From: Macrostomum lignano
Lineage: Eukaryota
NCBI GenBank assembly: GCA_002269645.1
Contig: NIVC01004730.1
Location: forward strand, 1-36,843
Direction: 5' to 3'
Length of the DNA stretch: 36,843 nucleotides
The notes beneath the pieces are model-generated. The model was not told the origin of the DNA and did no database searches. It was given only the letters and a program-made list of their open reading frames with translations. The translations under genes and the position numbers were made by a program. Position 1 is the first letter of the stretch. Each line of letters opens with the position of its first letter. Positions 10,780-21,730 of the stretch are shown in pieces.

Positions 10780-13301
10780 CTACCAGAAACAGTTGATTTA
10801 TTGCAGCTGCAGTAGTGGAAATTAGATAAAACCAAGAAGCGTATGGAACGCAACAGTATTGCGGAGGCAGCCGATGAGAAATAACAAATGGTTGAAGACA
10901 AGATCCATCCAAATAGTAATGAGTTGAAGGAATATATGAGAGTATAGGAATGCAATGTTTAAGCCATTGACAAAATAGTGGTGATAATCGCGATAATCGG
11001 TGATCATCGCAGGAGTTGCATGTCATGAATACATTTTTGCCACGTTTTTTTATGCAGAGGGGTCGATTGAGCATTCTGGTGTATTCTGTAGTCTCAACCG
11101 CCTCAGCTGGAGGTTCCGTCGCAGCGGCCGCAGCAGTCGCTGCAGCCTCAGCCGGACGCTCCGTCGCAGCAGTCGGAGGAGTCGTCGCAGCCGGAACCGT
11201 AATATGTGCTGCATGTCCCGGCACATGTCGAGAACACGTGCCACGTTCTCAGCTCCTGTCTCCATGGACGCAAACTGCCTGCTGATCTGGGCATGAAACT
11301 CCGCTGCCTCCCGGTCCCGATCGGCGAGTTCCGCATGCAGCTATTGACATCGCATGCATGGCATTGGGATATGGGCAGCGTCTTGGCAGTGCTCGTCTGA
11401 GCCGGTCGAGCAACCAGACTGCGAAACTTCTTAAAGCTGGTTGAGAGCGACAGTGCTAGTGCCTTGTTGTCCACGGCGTCCGTTAAGACGGAGGCACGCT
11501 GCACACGGTTTCTTCCACTGAAACGCCTGCCTCCCTGCCGTAACAGAGGTTACTCGGAAGAGACGCTTCGCTGTCTTCATTGAACACCGCCAGCTGTTGT
11601 CGACCAGCTACAGCAATCTCCTGCGGCGTTGTACTATTATCATACATTACGACATACCAGGAGCCACAGTCTGCAACCAGATGACGGCAGATATGTAATA
11701 AAATGCACCTGTCGGAAAGCGTATGATATGTCGTCTGAGTAACATCTGGCATTTGATTACCGGCGTTCGCCATTGGCAGGGAATGCAGCGCGTGCGATCT
11801 GCAAAAGCATTAATGCAGTAAGTCTGTATAGCAGCCAGTCCACAGTGGCCACAGGTACATGTATTCACATTTTTAGTACGGACAAAGAAATTAGGCATTA
11901 CTAAAGAATTGATTTCTGGCATAAGTTTTTTTTCTAATTTACATAATTTATGTTTTATTGAAGCTTTAATGAAGCTGAAATTCTTCATTTCCATTGGCTT
12001 CAATTTGAAATTGTACAGTTTTAGTTAGCTTTCTTGGGCATTTGGTATACTTAATAGAAAAAGTATATTTATTAGAAAGTGAAATTCTAATAGCATTTTT
12101 CAAGCTAGTAGAAAGTGCGAGCATGGAACTAAATACACCATTTTACCCTCGATTTTGAACAAGAACTTCAAAACCGACAAACCCCTCTTCAATATTGACA
12201 CTCTATGGTCGGGCACTCAAAATCTACAATCGATATTGACAGATGAAGCTTTAATTTTGACAAACTCTGGTTCAATTTTGACGATGCACTTTTAGTCACC
12301 TTCTGGGAGAATTGTGAATTCAGTAATAAAGTAATCCAATGAAAGCCTGAACAGGGCTGAAGTTATCTGGGCAAAATCAGCTCATTCTGACTTTGCTTTT
12401 GGGATCTACAAGTATTGATAAAATTGCATGACACGCGAAAAATAACTATCCCCATTTTTCGACACTATTTCGGCTGAAAATCATTAAAACATAAAACTAA
12501 AAGACCTATAGGCCATATGAAAAAATGAGAAACTGCTCCAACTCAAGCATTTACTCGGGCCTGTATGAATAAACTGAGAAATTTTTCTCAAGAGAATTCG
12601 CTCAGATTTCAGAGCAATTACTCAGGTCAATAAGAATAAAACTACTACCATAGACTAAATTTCTGAGCAATTTAATGAGATTCCTCATTAAATTCATTCC
12701 TCATTCCTCATTCCTCATAAATTTGATGAGGACGCACTTTTTTCCAAATCCCGCGCTAGCACATGGGCTCTAAACTTACTAGCCTACTAACAGTGGGCAA
12801 TGGGCATTTTTATCCTTTTTCTGCGATTTGTCGTATAATCTATAGTAGATATAATGTTTGGTCATACTAGTAGTCGTAATAACATAGGCGCAGCTTTTTG
12901 GGTCATAAATCATCGCTCTCGAAGCTGGTTTGACAGCCACCTGCGCCTCACTCAGTGTTGAGGCGGGCGCCAGATGGTCTGAGGGGATGCGAATGATAGC
13001 TTTTTTCTCATCATTTTTGACAGGCCATCAGATTTATGAGGTCAGAGCCTATTGTTCGGGTTCACTGAAGCGTGTGACAGTTTTGACAGCTATGCGTTTT
13101 ACCCCTAAAAGTACTTTGGGATTAGCGATTAGCGATTTCTCTTCATTATCTTCACTTTCTATTTAATAAGAGCTTTCTAATGAATATTTTTTCATTCATT
13201 TTTTTCAATTCTACGCGAAAAGTCATAAATCATTTTGTTGCGATTTTGAGTGATTTATGGCCGCACCTGTCATGTTTTTTACGACCCTGTGGGAACTGAT
13301 A

Positions 13302-13973
13302 GGATCTCCCGGTCACGTGATTTTGGGTGGCAACTAGCTCATCCAATCAGAAAATTCGACGCTCATTTTAACAAATCGGCTCAGCCAATCAGAATCGACG
13401 TGTTCCATTATAACAAACTGCGGTCCAGTTGGCGGCTATTTAAACCGGTGTTTTTGGCCCGCTCGGACTGCAACCTTCTTGCGACCGGGTGCTACCCTTG
13501 GCTCCACCGGCCAGGGACTGACCGTCGTTTCTTGATCCCCGGATTGCGACTTCCCCCCGTCATCATCAAGGACGAATCCCCCCGGTCATCAGCACTGAAC
13601 ATCAAAGTGAAGAGCATCACCTGCTAGCTATCAGCGAAGATTGTGACATCAGCATCATCCCGGGCCTACAGCTGCGAAGCACTAAGCCGATTCGGTCACC
13701 GTGGATTACCTGGTCTCCGGCTGTTGAGTTTCTGATTGGTTAGGTGAGAGGCTGCCCAAGGACTTCTAGACTAGCTAGTCTAGCTTGAGGCTGCCTAGAC
13801 TTGCTTGATTGGGTGATTCCTTATCTGTCCCCTGTTTCAGTAGCTGGATTAGGCGTACACTTTTGCTCATTTTGTTCAGTAGTGCTGTAATCGAGGCAGA
13901 AGTCATTCAATAATACTGCTAGTAGTCTAAAACTCCAATTCAATCTGAAGTGTGAAGTGATCTAAGGAGAAGG
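13302..13973 (+). repeat. Dispersed repeat copy 1: promoter-like 5' end or LTR of a retroelement
   Basis: Closely similar to 22583-23261. Contains CACGTG, two CCAATCAG boxes and TATTTAAA. Confidence 0.75.
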
Positions 13974-14747
13974 TTAAATCTAACAGTTATTTTTATCGGT
14001 TTTATTCCTTTGTTCGCCGATGGCTCAGATGAATAGCTAAGCTAGTAGGCGCCGGTCACAGTGGACCAATGGCAAGGCAGTTCTCAATCGATCAATCTAT
14101 CAAATAAGTTAGCGAAACTGCCAGTAGTGCAGAATCGGCGCCAGAGATGTTCTTTGTGCACTCTAAGTTCGCCAAGCGGCTCGGGTAATGAATCATGCGG
14201 TCTCTGAAGTTCGAGTTAGTCTATCATCAGCGCTATGAGAGGCTAGTTGGCGCGTTGAAGGCCAGAAGTACAATTCCTCGTATTTAGCAATGTAATAGTA
14301 CATGTAGCTACCCCATAGTCTCGCCACTGCAAGAATCCCCTGCACAAGTCCCCTATGTACCTGCATGGCCAATGCGATCTAGTCCCAGCAGTGTCCCTTA
14401 TCATCGGCTATGACTTCGAGATTGACAGCAAAAAGACACTAGTTGGCAGGTAAGTGCAAAGCCCCTTCTAGTCGGAAGCCCGATTTCGAGAGTCCCGGTG
14501 TGGTGGGCCAGGATATACGGGCTGGTGGCAGCGAGTTAGCTAATCTGCGGATTAACTAATTTCTACCTTCAAAATTCTCCCTGCTTGTCTCTCGCTGTCC
14601 CTCTCTTAGCTATAGGACCTAGACTGCTCGCCACACGATCAAGCTACCATGGGCTGACCATCTGACAGGAGTGGGGGGCCGGGACTCTAATTGATTTATT
14701 TCTGAGACCTGAGGCCTGAAGGCTTCCCCAAATGGGGGCCGGAAGGT

Positions 14748-14874
14748 CGAAACCCATCAAATTCCCCTCGCACCACCGTTCGACGTAAACAATGCCAGTG
14801 AGGCCGCGAAAAGAGCGGCCGGAGTCCAGCGCCGGAACGCTATCGCCGACATCATGTTCAGGCATGGGCCATGA
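14748..14874 (+). pseudogene. C-terminal remnant of a PIF/Harbinger transposase
   Basis: Reads ETHQIPLAPPFDVNNASEAAKRAAGVQRRNAIADIMFRHGP*. This matches the G-xx-RR-xx-I-xxxx-F end typical of Harbinger DDE transposases, and it is convergent with the Myb/SANT gene at 19688-20370. Confidence 0.5.
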
Positions 14875-15896
14875 CAAACTGCGTCGCTATCCGTACTGAC
14901 TTACCTCATGCTGCTTACGTTTGCTGTTTTTTCATATTTGTCTAAAACTTGATAAAGCCACGTTAAAGCGAGCGTTAAAGTGTCAACCCCAGCCTGTATA
15001 TGGACATTCAATGTTATCCTGCCGAGTGCGTTAATGTGGGCCATAGAGAGTGCGTGAATGCGGTTGCGGCCATAGACAAAAAGAGTAACTATGTTTTATC
15101 ATAGAACTTGAAACATAGAGGAGATTGAATACATGTATATTATGACTGAAGGTGGTGTATACGACAATTGCAAACCAAGCAATTATATAGAAAAAGAGTA
15201 ATAGCACAATTGCGGCAGTGTGCGTAGCATAATTCCCTTTAAAGAGTATATAGATATAGATATGTATATGTACCTGTAGCTGGTACTTATAAAAATGGCT
15301 GGCTGGCTGGCTGGCTGGCTGGAAGGCTAGTGGCTATATTTTCAGGAAATTGTGCTTAGCATAATTCCTAAATAGTGCGCGACATACCAGCTAGATAGAT
15401 AGCAAGCAGCAAGTGAAAATTATCAATATGCAATTGTACAGCTATTTCAATATAGTTATAAATGCCATGCAACATTGAGCGCTATTTCAAAGCGCTTTGA
15501 ACCCTTCAACCTGCAGCCATGTCCAACCAACCAGCCGACGAAGTAGTAGCTACTGCTAATATTAAAACCAACACTATACGACTATAGTCTAATAAACGCT
15601 AGGAAAAAATGTTATAACAATGGGCACGTAAACAATAAGAGAAAGGGATAGAACGCATAGCAACGCGCGCAATATGAGGCGAAGATGCATTGTAATTACG
15701 CTCGTATGAGATGAAAATATTGAAAAATATTGGGGCCAACATACATATAAAGAAGAGATGAGACAGTTACAACAAAAAAGAGAATCATCTACATTTCACT
15801 ATTACTAATTAATTCAGTTATGTTAATAGCAGCACTTATTAATTAATTAATTTACCCCAAGAAACACTCTAAGTTTGCATAAAAATTTGCAGCAAT

Positions 15897-16063
15897 GGTA
15901 AAGCGCACATTTACTAGATTTCATATAATGGTAAAGCGGTATTTAAAGTTTTAACGTTGTGGTAAAGCGGCCAACAGTTGAAATTTGCAGACAATGGTAA
16001 AGCGGTACTATTTAAAGTTTTAACGTTGTGGTAAAGCGGCAAACAGTTAAAATGGTAAAGAGG
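15897..16063 (+). repeat. Cluster of six GGTAAAG(C/A)G motifs arranged as a ~66-69-bp duplication
   Basis: Copies start at 15897, 15930, 15961, 15996, 16030 and 16054. Confidence 0.85.
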
Positions 16064-16166
16064 CGGTAGACGCGCAGCATGCCTTGAAATTGTGCAATTT
16101 TAGGCTCTAGTGAATTGTGCCATGCCATTTTCAGACAGCAGTATATCTATTACTATAACTAATTGT

Positions 16167-16201
16167 ATCATCATCATCATCATCATCATCATGATCATCA
16201 T
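16167..16201 (+). repeat. (ATC)n microsatellite
   Basis: atcatcatcatcatcatcatcatcatgatcatcat, read directly. Confidence 0.85.
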
Positions 16202-17193
16202 TGATTTCAAATTTATCGAAATGCAGCTGGATGGCACAATTCCATATTTATGCGAAGCACAATTTCGTAAAAATATATATACGAATTAGATATTATAATG
16301 AGAATTAGCTAACAAGAAGAAGACACAACTAGCTTGGGTCTGCAGCAGTCAGCCGTAGAGTCTTGATTATTTATATATATCAATATATATAATTTAGGGA
16401 AATTGTGCTAGGAACTATTTGGGAATTGCGCTACTGGGTAGCTATATTCACTAACTAGTAGACGACTACAAGCAATCTATACTGGTTCAAAAAAGTTGGA
16501 AATAAAAAGAACTCTGTATAGATAGATAAACATAGCAACTGTTGAATTAGGAATTTCTATAATTATTAAAAAAGATTTGTATGCAACAATTTACATTATA
16601 GCTTTGTCGCAATATTGTCACAGCTATTGTACCGACGATTAAAGTTAGACATTAAATCATCAATGACATAAACTATTGGTAAGGTAGCTATAATCCGCAG
16701 GTTTTGACAGCCTGGGTTGGATGCGTGCGGTACCTGCGCATAATCAATCAATCGATTGATCCCAAAATTATGCCGAGCACAAATTATTATCCGTTTCAGA
16801 ATTATAGTCGATTAGATGAGCTACTACTGCTGTACGTGTTAGTTTATTAACTAGCTATTTAGTTGCGATCTGCAGGTCATCTCACGCAACACCATGATTA
16901 ATATGCAATAAATGAATATATATATTTCTAGGGGTATAATTGTGCTCTCGTCATAATTTTGGTATTTCTGCTGCTGCTACTGCTAAAACAACAACTCTGA
17001 GTCTGGCATGCTATAGTCTGGTATATATTCTCTCACCGCCGTTGCGTCTGACACAGAATGCCAGACGTCGGTGCAGCACTCTAACTGATTGTCGTCTTCT
17101 TCCTCTTCGTTTGTTGTTGCTGCTGCAGCAGGGAGCGACTGGCCTCGGTAGCCGCTTTGCGCTTCGATTGGCGTCGCTGACGCTCCATCTGTG

Positions 17194-18326
17194 TTACTGG
17201 TTGTGATAGAACGCCCATCGACATGATCCCCGACGACGATTCTTTGTCTCGACTCTCGAGCAGTGAAGGTGATACTGTCGCCGGGCGGATGCTCGCTGAA
17301 GGTTTGGCTGACGATGCTCGCTGAAGTACCAGCTTGCGACGGTGGCTTGAACGACCGTCCGATTGTTCAGCATGGCGTTGGCCGCGTAGTGGCGCATCAA
17401 CATTGGCACAGAGGTTTCAAATAGCGCCGCTGACTGATCAACCAACTCCGGCCGCCCGCCAGCCACAATGTCCTGCTTGGAGCTCCGAAAAATATTCGGG
17501 CAGACGCCGGAACGACCGAGTATAGCTTTGGCATGATCGACAACCGCCTGGCTGAAGGTGGAAACGGACATCCGCTCACCTCGGTTGGTGCACAGCACAA
17601 ACGGCGAGTTGGCGACGCCGACCATGTCGTTGCAATGACGGCCGTTTCGCCAGGTGAGCAGCAGCTTAATGAATGCGGTCGGCACTGTGAGAACGCTGCA
17701 GCCGACAGACTTTATTTTCTTATGGCTGACCTGGCGACCAGGCAGCCGGATGGTCGAATAGCCGTTGTCATGATTGTCGCGCCGACTGGCGCTACCCGGC
17801 CGGATGTGCGCTATGCGGAGACCGCGCCATGGCCGGACGCGCAGCGGATGCATCGCAGTGGCATGCAGAGCAAATCGATTGCGCATCTTAACAAAGCTGT
17901 CCTCGTCGGCTGGACCAGAGGCGACCAGTGCGGCGTAGTCGTCCAGGATGGTGCGCCACTCTACCGGGGTTAACAGCTTCTCTTTCTTTCTGTCGTGGTG
18001 CAGCGGCGCATCCAGCCTATACTCAAGGTCGTGCGCTGGCGAATAGTTTTGAGCCGCTACTGAAACAGCTTGCACCTGTTTTCCAGCTCGGCTGCAATGT
18101 CGGCCGGCAGTTGCATGCGCTCCACGAGCGATTGAAGATGCGCGCGGTCGTGCTCAACGTAGGCTAGCATGTACTGCATGCATTTTATTAGCGCTTGCGC
18201 CCTGTTTCTAACTGTGCCGGAGCTATTGCTGGTGGCTCGAACCTCCGTTGCGGCGGTCGTTGGGTTGGCTAAGCAATAGACTAAATCTCGCGGCTCGACG
18301 ACTGGACAGCTCTTGTCGGCGGCGCC

Positions 18327-18359
<33 letters not shown>

Positions 18360-18872
18360 CATCTTTGAGCAGACCGACAAGATCAGCAAAAAGGTGTCAA
18401 TGAGAGCGTCAAGATGGCCGTCATAGGCTGGGTTGCGCACGCCTGTTGCATCGTTCCAATACAATGACTGGATTACACGCAGCTGCTTTATCAGCGGAGC
18501 ATCGGCCGAATACTGCGCCAATAGCGAGGAATGCCGCAGTGTAATCACAGCCAAGGCATCACCCGCCGCGATCGCCTCCTTGGCTGACATGGTCGTCGTC
18601 TTTGTCGTCGTCTCCGCTGCACCGCCGACGCTGACTGCCGCAGTCGAAGACGCGCTTGTCGCCGCCGTCACCGCCGCTACACCGCTGGCACCCGCCGCGA
18701 TCGCCTTCTCGGCTGACATGGTCGCCGACGCCGCCGCCGCTGCACCGCCGCTGCTTACTGCCGCTGCCATAGTCGAAGACGCGCTTGCCGCCGCAGACGC
18801 CGCCTCCGTTGCTGCACCGCTGGCACTGTCATCGTCGTTGACGATGTTGACGGGTTGATCACCAGATGGCAT
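17194..18872 (-). CDS. Tyrosine recombinase (about 559 aa), split by one single-base frameshift near 18075-18085
   Basis: ORFs 18057-18902 and 17194-18075 fuse if one A is added to GGAAAACAG (giving ELEKQVQAVS). Motifs are TVRNRAQALIK (core-binding-like), HPLR (Arg codon 17839-17841), HKKIKSVG, CPNIFR (Arg 17485-17487) and FETSVPMLMRHY (Tyr 17385-17387). The first ATG is at 18872. Confidence 0.75.
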
Positions 18873-19687
18873 AATGACGGTGGTGGCAGAATATTCTGTC
18901 AACTTAGCGCCGGCGGCGACCAGTTTTGCGTGCTTAGCTGAAGATGAACTTAACTGACTTAACTGAACGATGAAGTTGACTACAGAGCTGGAACGGCGGG
19001 CTGTCTTTTAATGGATGGATCATTATTATGCCTTGCACACTGTTTTCTGTTCCTGTTGCTGCTGCTGCTGATGCGATATACATTAAAGAAAAAGTGCTGC
19101 TAGGCTATAGCTACTGATTATTTGTCTATGGTAGAAAGACTCAGTTTGAGACTAGCTAAAGCAATACATATATATCTTTTAAGGGAAAAATGCTAGGCAC
19201 AGCTGCCGCGTTGTGCTATTAATAACATTTTTATACTAGGTAGTCTATGGCATGGCGTGTGAGTAGTGACTGACTGCCGCATTAACGCACTCTACCGCTT
19301 TAACACACTCGATATCGCTTTCACGCAGGAGCCGAATTAACGTAGCCGCGTTAACGCAATTTTTACCGCTTACACTCAGAAGCATATTTGTCAACGTTTG
19401 TTTAAAGCTTCCTTACTAGGTAAACTAATTGTAAGGTATAGCAATCTGACCCTAACCTGGCTAATAATATTACCGTTAGTAAATAACAACTGTGTTTTAC
19501 GTTTGTTATGACAACAATAAACGTTTACTGTTTTTTCTTACTTGTCGTCGTATATTTAAAGCGTCGTAACCACGTAAACTAATTGTAAAGTAACAATTTG
19601 ACTGTAACGTAAGTAACAATATTAACAATAACAAGTAACAAGCGTGCTTAGCAGTCCGAAAACCTATAATAATCTTTATATTGGCCC

Positions 19688-20370
19688 CTAAAGTTGCATA
19701 TACGAAGCAGACGCATCCCCGAAGTCACTTGTGTGCTGTTGCATCTGCGACTGTCGTTGGTAGGCCTCCCGTTCCAGCTCGCGCCGTTTCTTCGTACGAA
19801 AATACCTGAGCTGCTCGAGTAGCACCATTTGCTGAAGCTCTCGGCATTGCTCAGTCCTATCGTCTCAGTCGTCTCGTTGGTGACTCGTCGCGGCGCGGAT
19901 GCTCTCGCAGACTGCTGCCGTGATTGAACGCTCGCAGGCGTCGAGGGTTGGCGATCAGACTCCTCGCTGCTCGGGCTGGGTCTCGGGGGTGTCTGTGGTT
20001 CATCGTCGTCAGCAAGTTGTGATGCAACCCCACACACACGAGCGCCAGGGACCTTGGAAAAAACTGGGTTTTCCTCGATGTTGAAAAACTGTAGCATGGA
20101 TTCTTCCCACTTCTTCAGAACAATCTTTTTATTTCCGGTCTTCTTCAAGTCCGTCTTTGCTTTCAGCCGCGTTTTAATGTTCGAAAGTTTCTTGTTGATC
20201 TAATTCTTACAGGTTAGATTTACTCCATTATCCTCCAGGTCCTTTTGTATTGAGCTGAATGCTGCGTTCTTCTTCTCCATTGTACCGGGCGTCTTGGTTT
20301 TGTCGAGGACGACGGGGTAGCGAGAGACAACTTTTACGAACAACTCGTCTTCGGCGTCACTTCCGTTCAT
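19688..20370 (-). pseudogene. Myb/SANT-like DNA-binding accessory protein of a PIF/Harbinger element, with one in-frame stop and one frameshift
   Basis: ATG 20370 reads MNGSDAEDELFVKVVSRYPVVLDK..., then an in-frame TAG at 20200-20202, then INKKLSNIKTRLKAKTDLKKTGNKKIVLKKWEE...NPVFSKVPGA. After a frameshift near 19840 it reads ELQQMVLLEQLRYFR...YMQL* (TAG 19688-19690). Confidence 0.75.
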
Positions 20371-21090
20371 CGTGGCCCAAAGAAGTCGTACGAAGCTGGA
20401 AGGTCTCCGTAGGAACAAAAAAGCTAGATGTTTGCTTCTGAACTTAAGCTTAGCGTAAGGAACGAAAAATCTAGATGTTTGCCTCTGAACTTAAGCTTTG
20501 TGCATGTAACCTCCCAAAATTGAGAAGCGAGAGAAAAAGCAGTCGTGAGTAAGAAGTCCTACGAAAGCCGTAAAAAGCCGTACTAATGGCAAAAAGCCGT
20601 ATGAACGATTTTTGTCTGTGGCCAAAAGCATTCTGATCATTTACCCAAGCTACGGAGAATATTCTCAGAGTTTAAGTTTATGAACGATGAACGCCGAAGG
20701 CTCTCGGGATTTAAGTGAAATACCAACCGAAAAACCCATAGAATATCTTATTTAAACTACTTTAATTTTGCGGGATGTATTCAGATAATATAATATTCTT
20801 ACCATAGACAAAATTTCATTAAGAAATTTCTCGAGTCACGAAGGAAGAGAAGAGAGAAGCTCGCTTATTTAGATGCATACAATAATCCTTGCAATATCTC
20901 AGGGAAAGTGATCGATTAAATCCCGCAAAATAAAATCTATGTCAATAACCTCCCTGAAAGTGAGCTTTAAAGTGGTTTAATCTTTATTCATACCCCCGAT
21001 GAGCACTTGCTCAGACTCAGAGAATATTCTCACGATTGAGCAATTGCTCCGACTCTGAGTTTGAGAATTTTTTCCTGAGAAATTACTCTT

Positions 21091-21105
21091 TTTATTCATA
21101 CGGGC
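21091..21105 (-). repeat. Harbinger-like terminal inverted repeat followed by TAA; 14/15 inverted match at 12559-12573
   Basis: TTTATTCATACGGGC|TAA vs GCCTGTATGAATAAA. The similarity continues imperfectly for ~70 bp inward at both sites. Confidence 0.45.
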
Positions 21106-21280
21106 TAATTTCTGAAGAATTTTTTATTCTATTTGTATTTCATTTCATCATTCTTTCAACTTTTGTTAAGCATTGCTATGTTATTCACGCGATATGTATC
21201 CTGCCGTAAATTTCCGATGTGTGCGCCTAACTAGCTCATAATTTGAAACAGCGCTCAAATTTCCCACCGGGATGGCCTAC

Positions 21281-21730
21281 AGGAACGCATTTGTTTCCCG
21301 ATTGATATTCGCATTGATATTCGAATTTTAACAAAAGCAAAATACTAAAAGCAACCCGCAGCATGAAACTTTACACAGCGTAAACTGCAACCGTGAAACG
21401 ACTATTGGTCAAGTTTCAGCTCGATATGTAACTTTGGCTCTGAGCTGGAGCGATTTTCGATGTGTTCCATTTAAAATACATGTGATTCCAAAATTCATAT
21501 TGATATTCGAGTACAGGTACTTCTGCTTCACTGATCTTGACGAAACTTTACACAGAGTAAACTGCAATCGTGAAACGACTATTGGTCAAGTTTCAGCTCG
21601 ATATGTAACTTTGGCTCTGAGCAGGAGCGATTTTCGATGTGTTCCATTTAAAATACATGTGATTCCAAAATTCATATTGATATTCGAGTACAGGTACTTC
21701 TGCTTCACTGATCTTGACGAAACTCTACAC
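21281..21730 (+). repeat. Non-autonomous element: ~85-bp head plus 177-bp tandem units (about 2 copies); Helentron/HINE-like architecture
   Basis: Unit starts (GAAACT(T/C)TACAC) are at 21365, 21542 and 21719. The same head and units occur inverted at 23261-23925. Confidence 0.8.

Larger units (their letters stand above)
14933..19392 (-). mobile_element. Tyrosine-recombinase-encoding DNA element (Crypton-like), ~4.45 kb, with a terminal 10-bp direct repeat and long imperfect inverted ends
   Basis: CATATTTGTC occurs at 14933-14942 and 19383-19392. Inverted segments are 15199-15252 vs 19169-19221, GAGTGCGT(T/G)AATG at 15024 and 15048 vs 19277-19292, and CCATAGAC 15070 vs GTCTATGG 19243. It contains one YR gene. 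Confidence 0.7.

Noticed and set aside
11950-13290. AT-rich segments resembling Kolobok-type non-autonomous element subterminal regions
   Set aside because: No matching TIR pair or TSD could be identified.
17334-18858. Plus-strand ORFs (63, 146, 79 and 141 aa) overlapping the YR gene
   Set aside because: They are antisense shadows of a GC-rich coding sequence.
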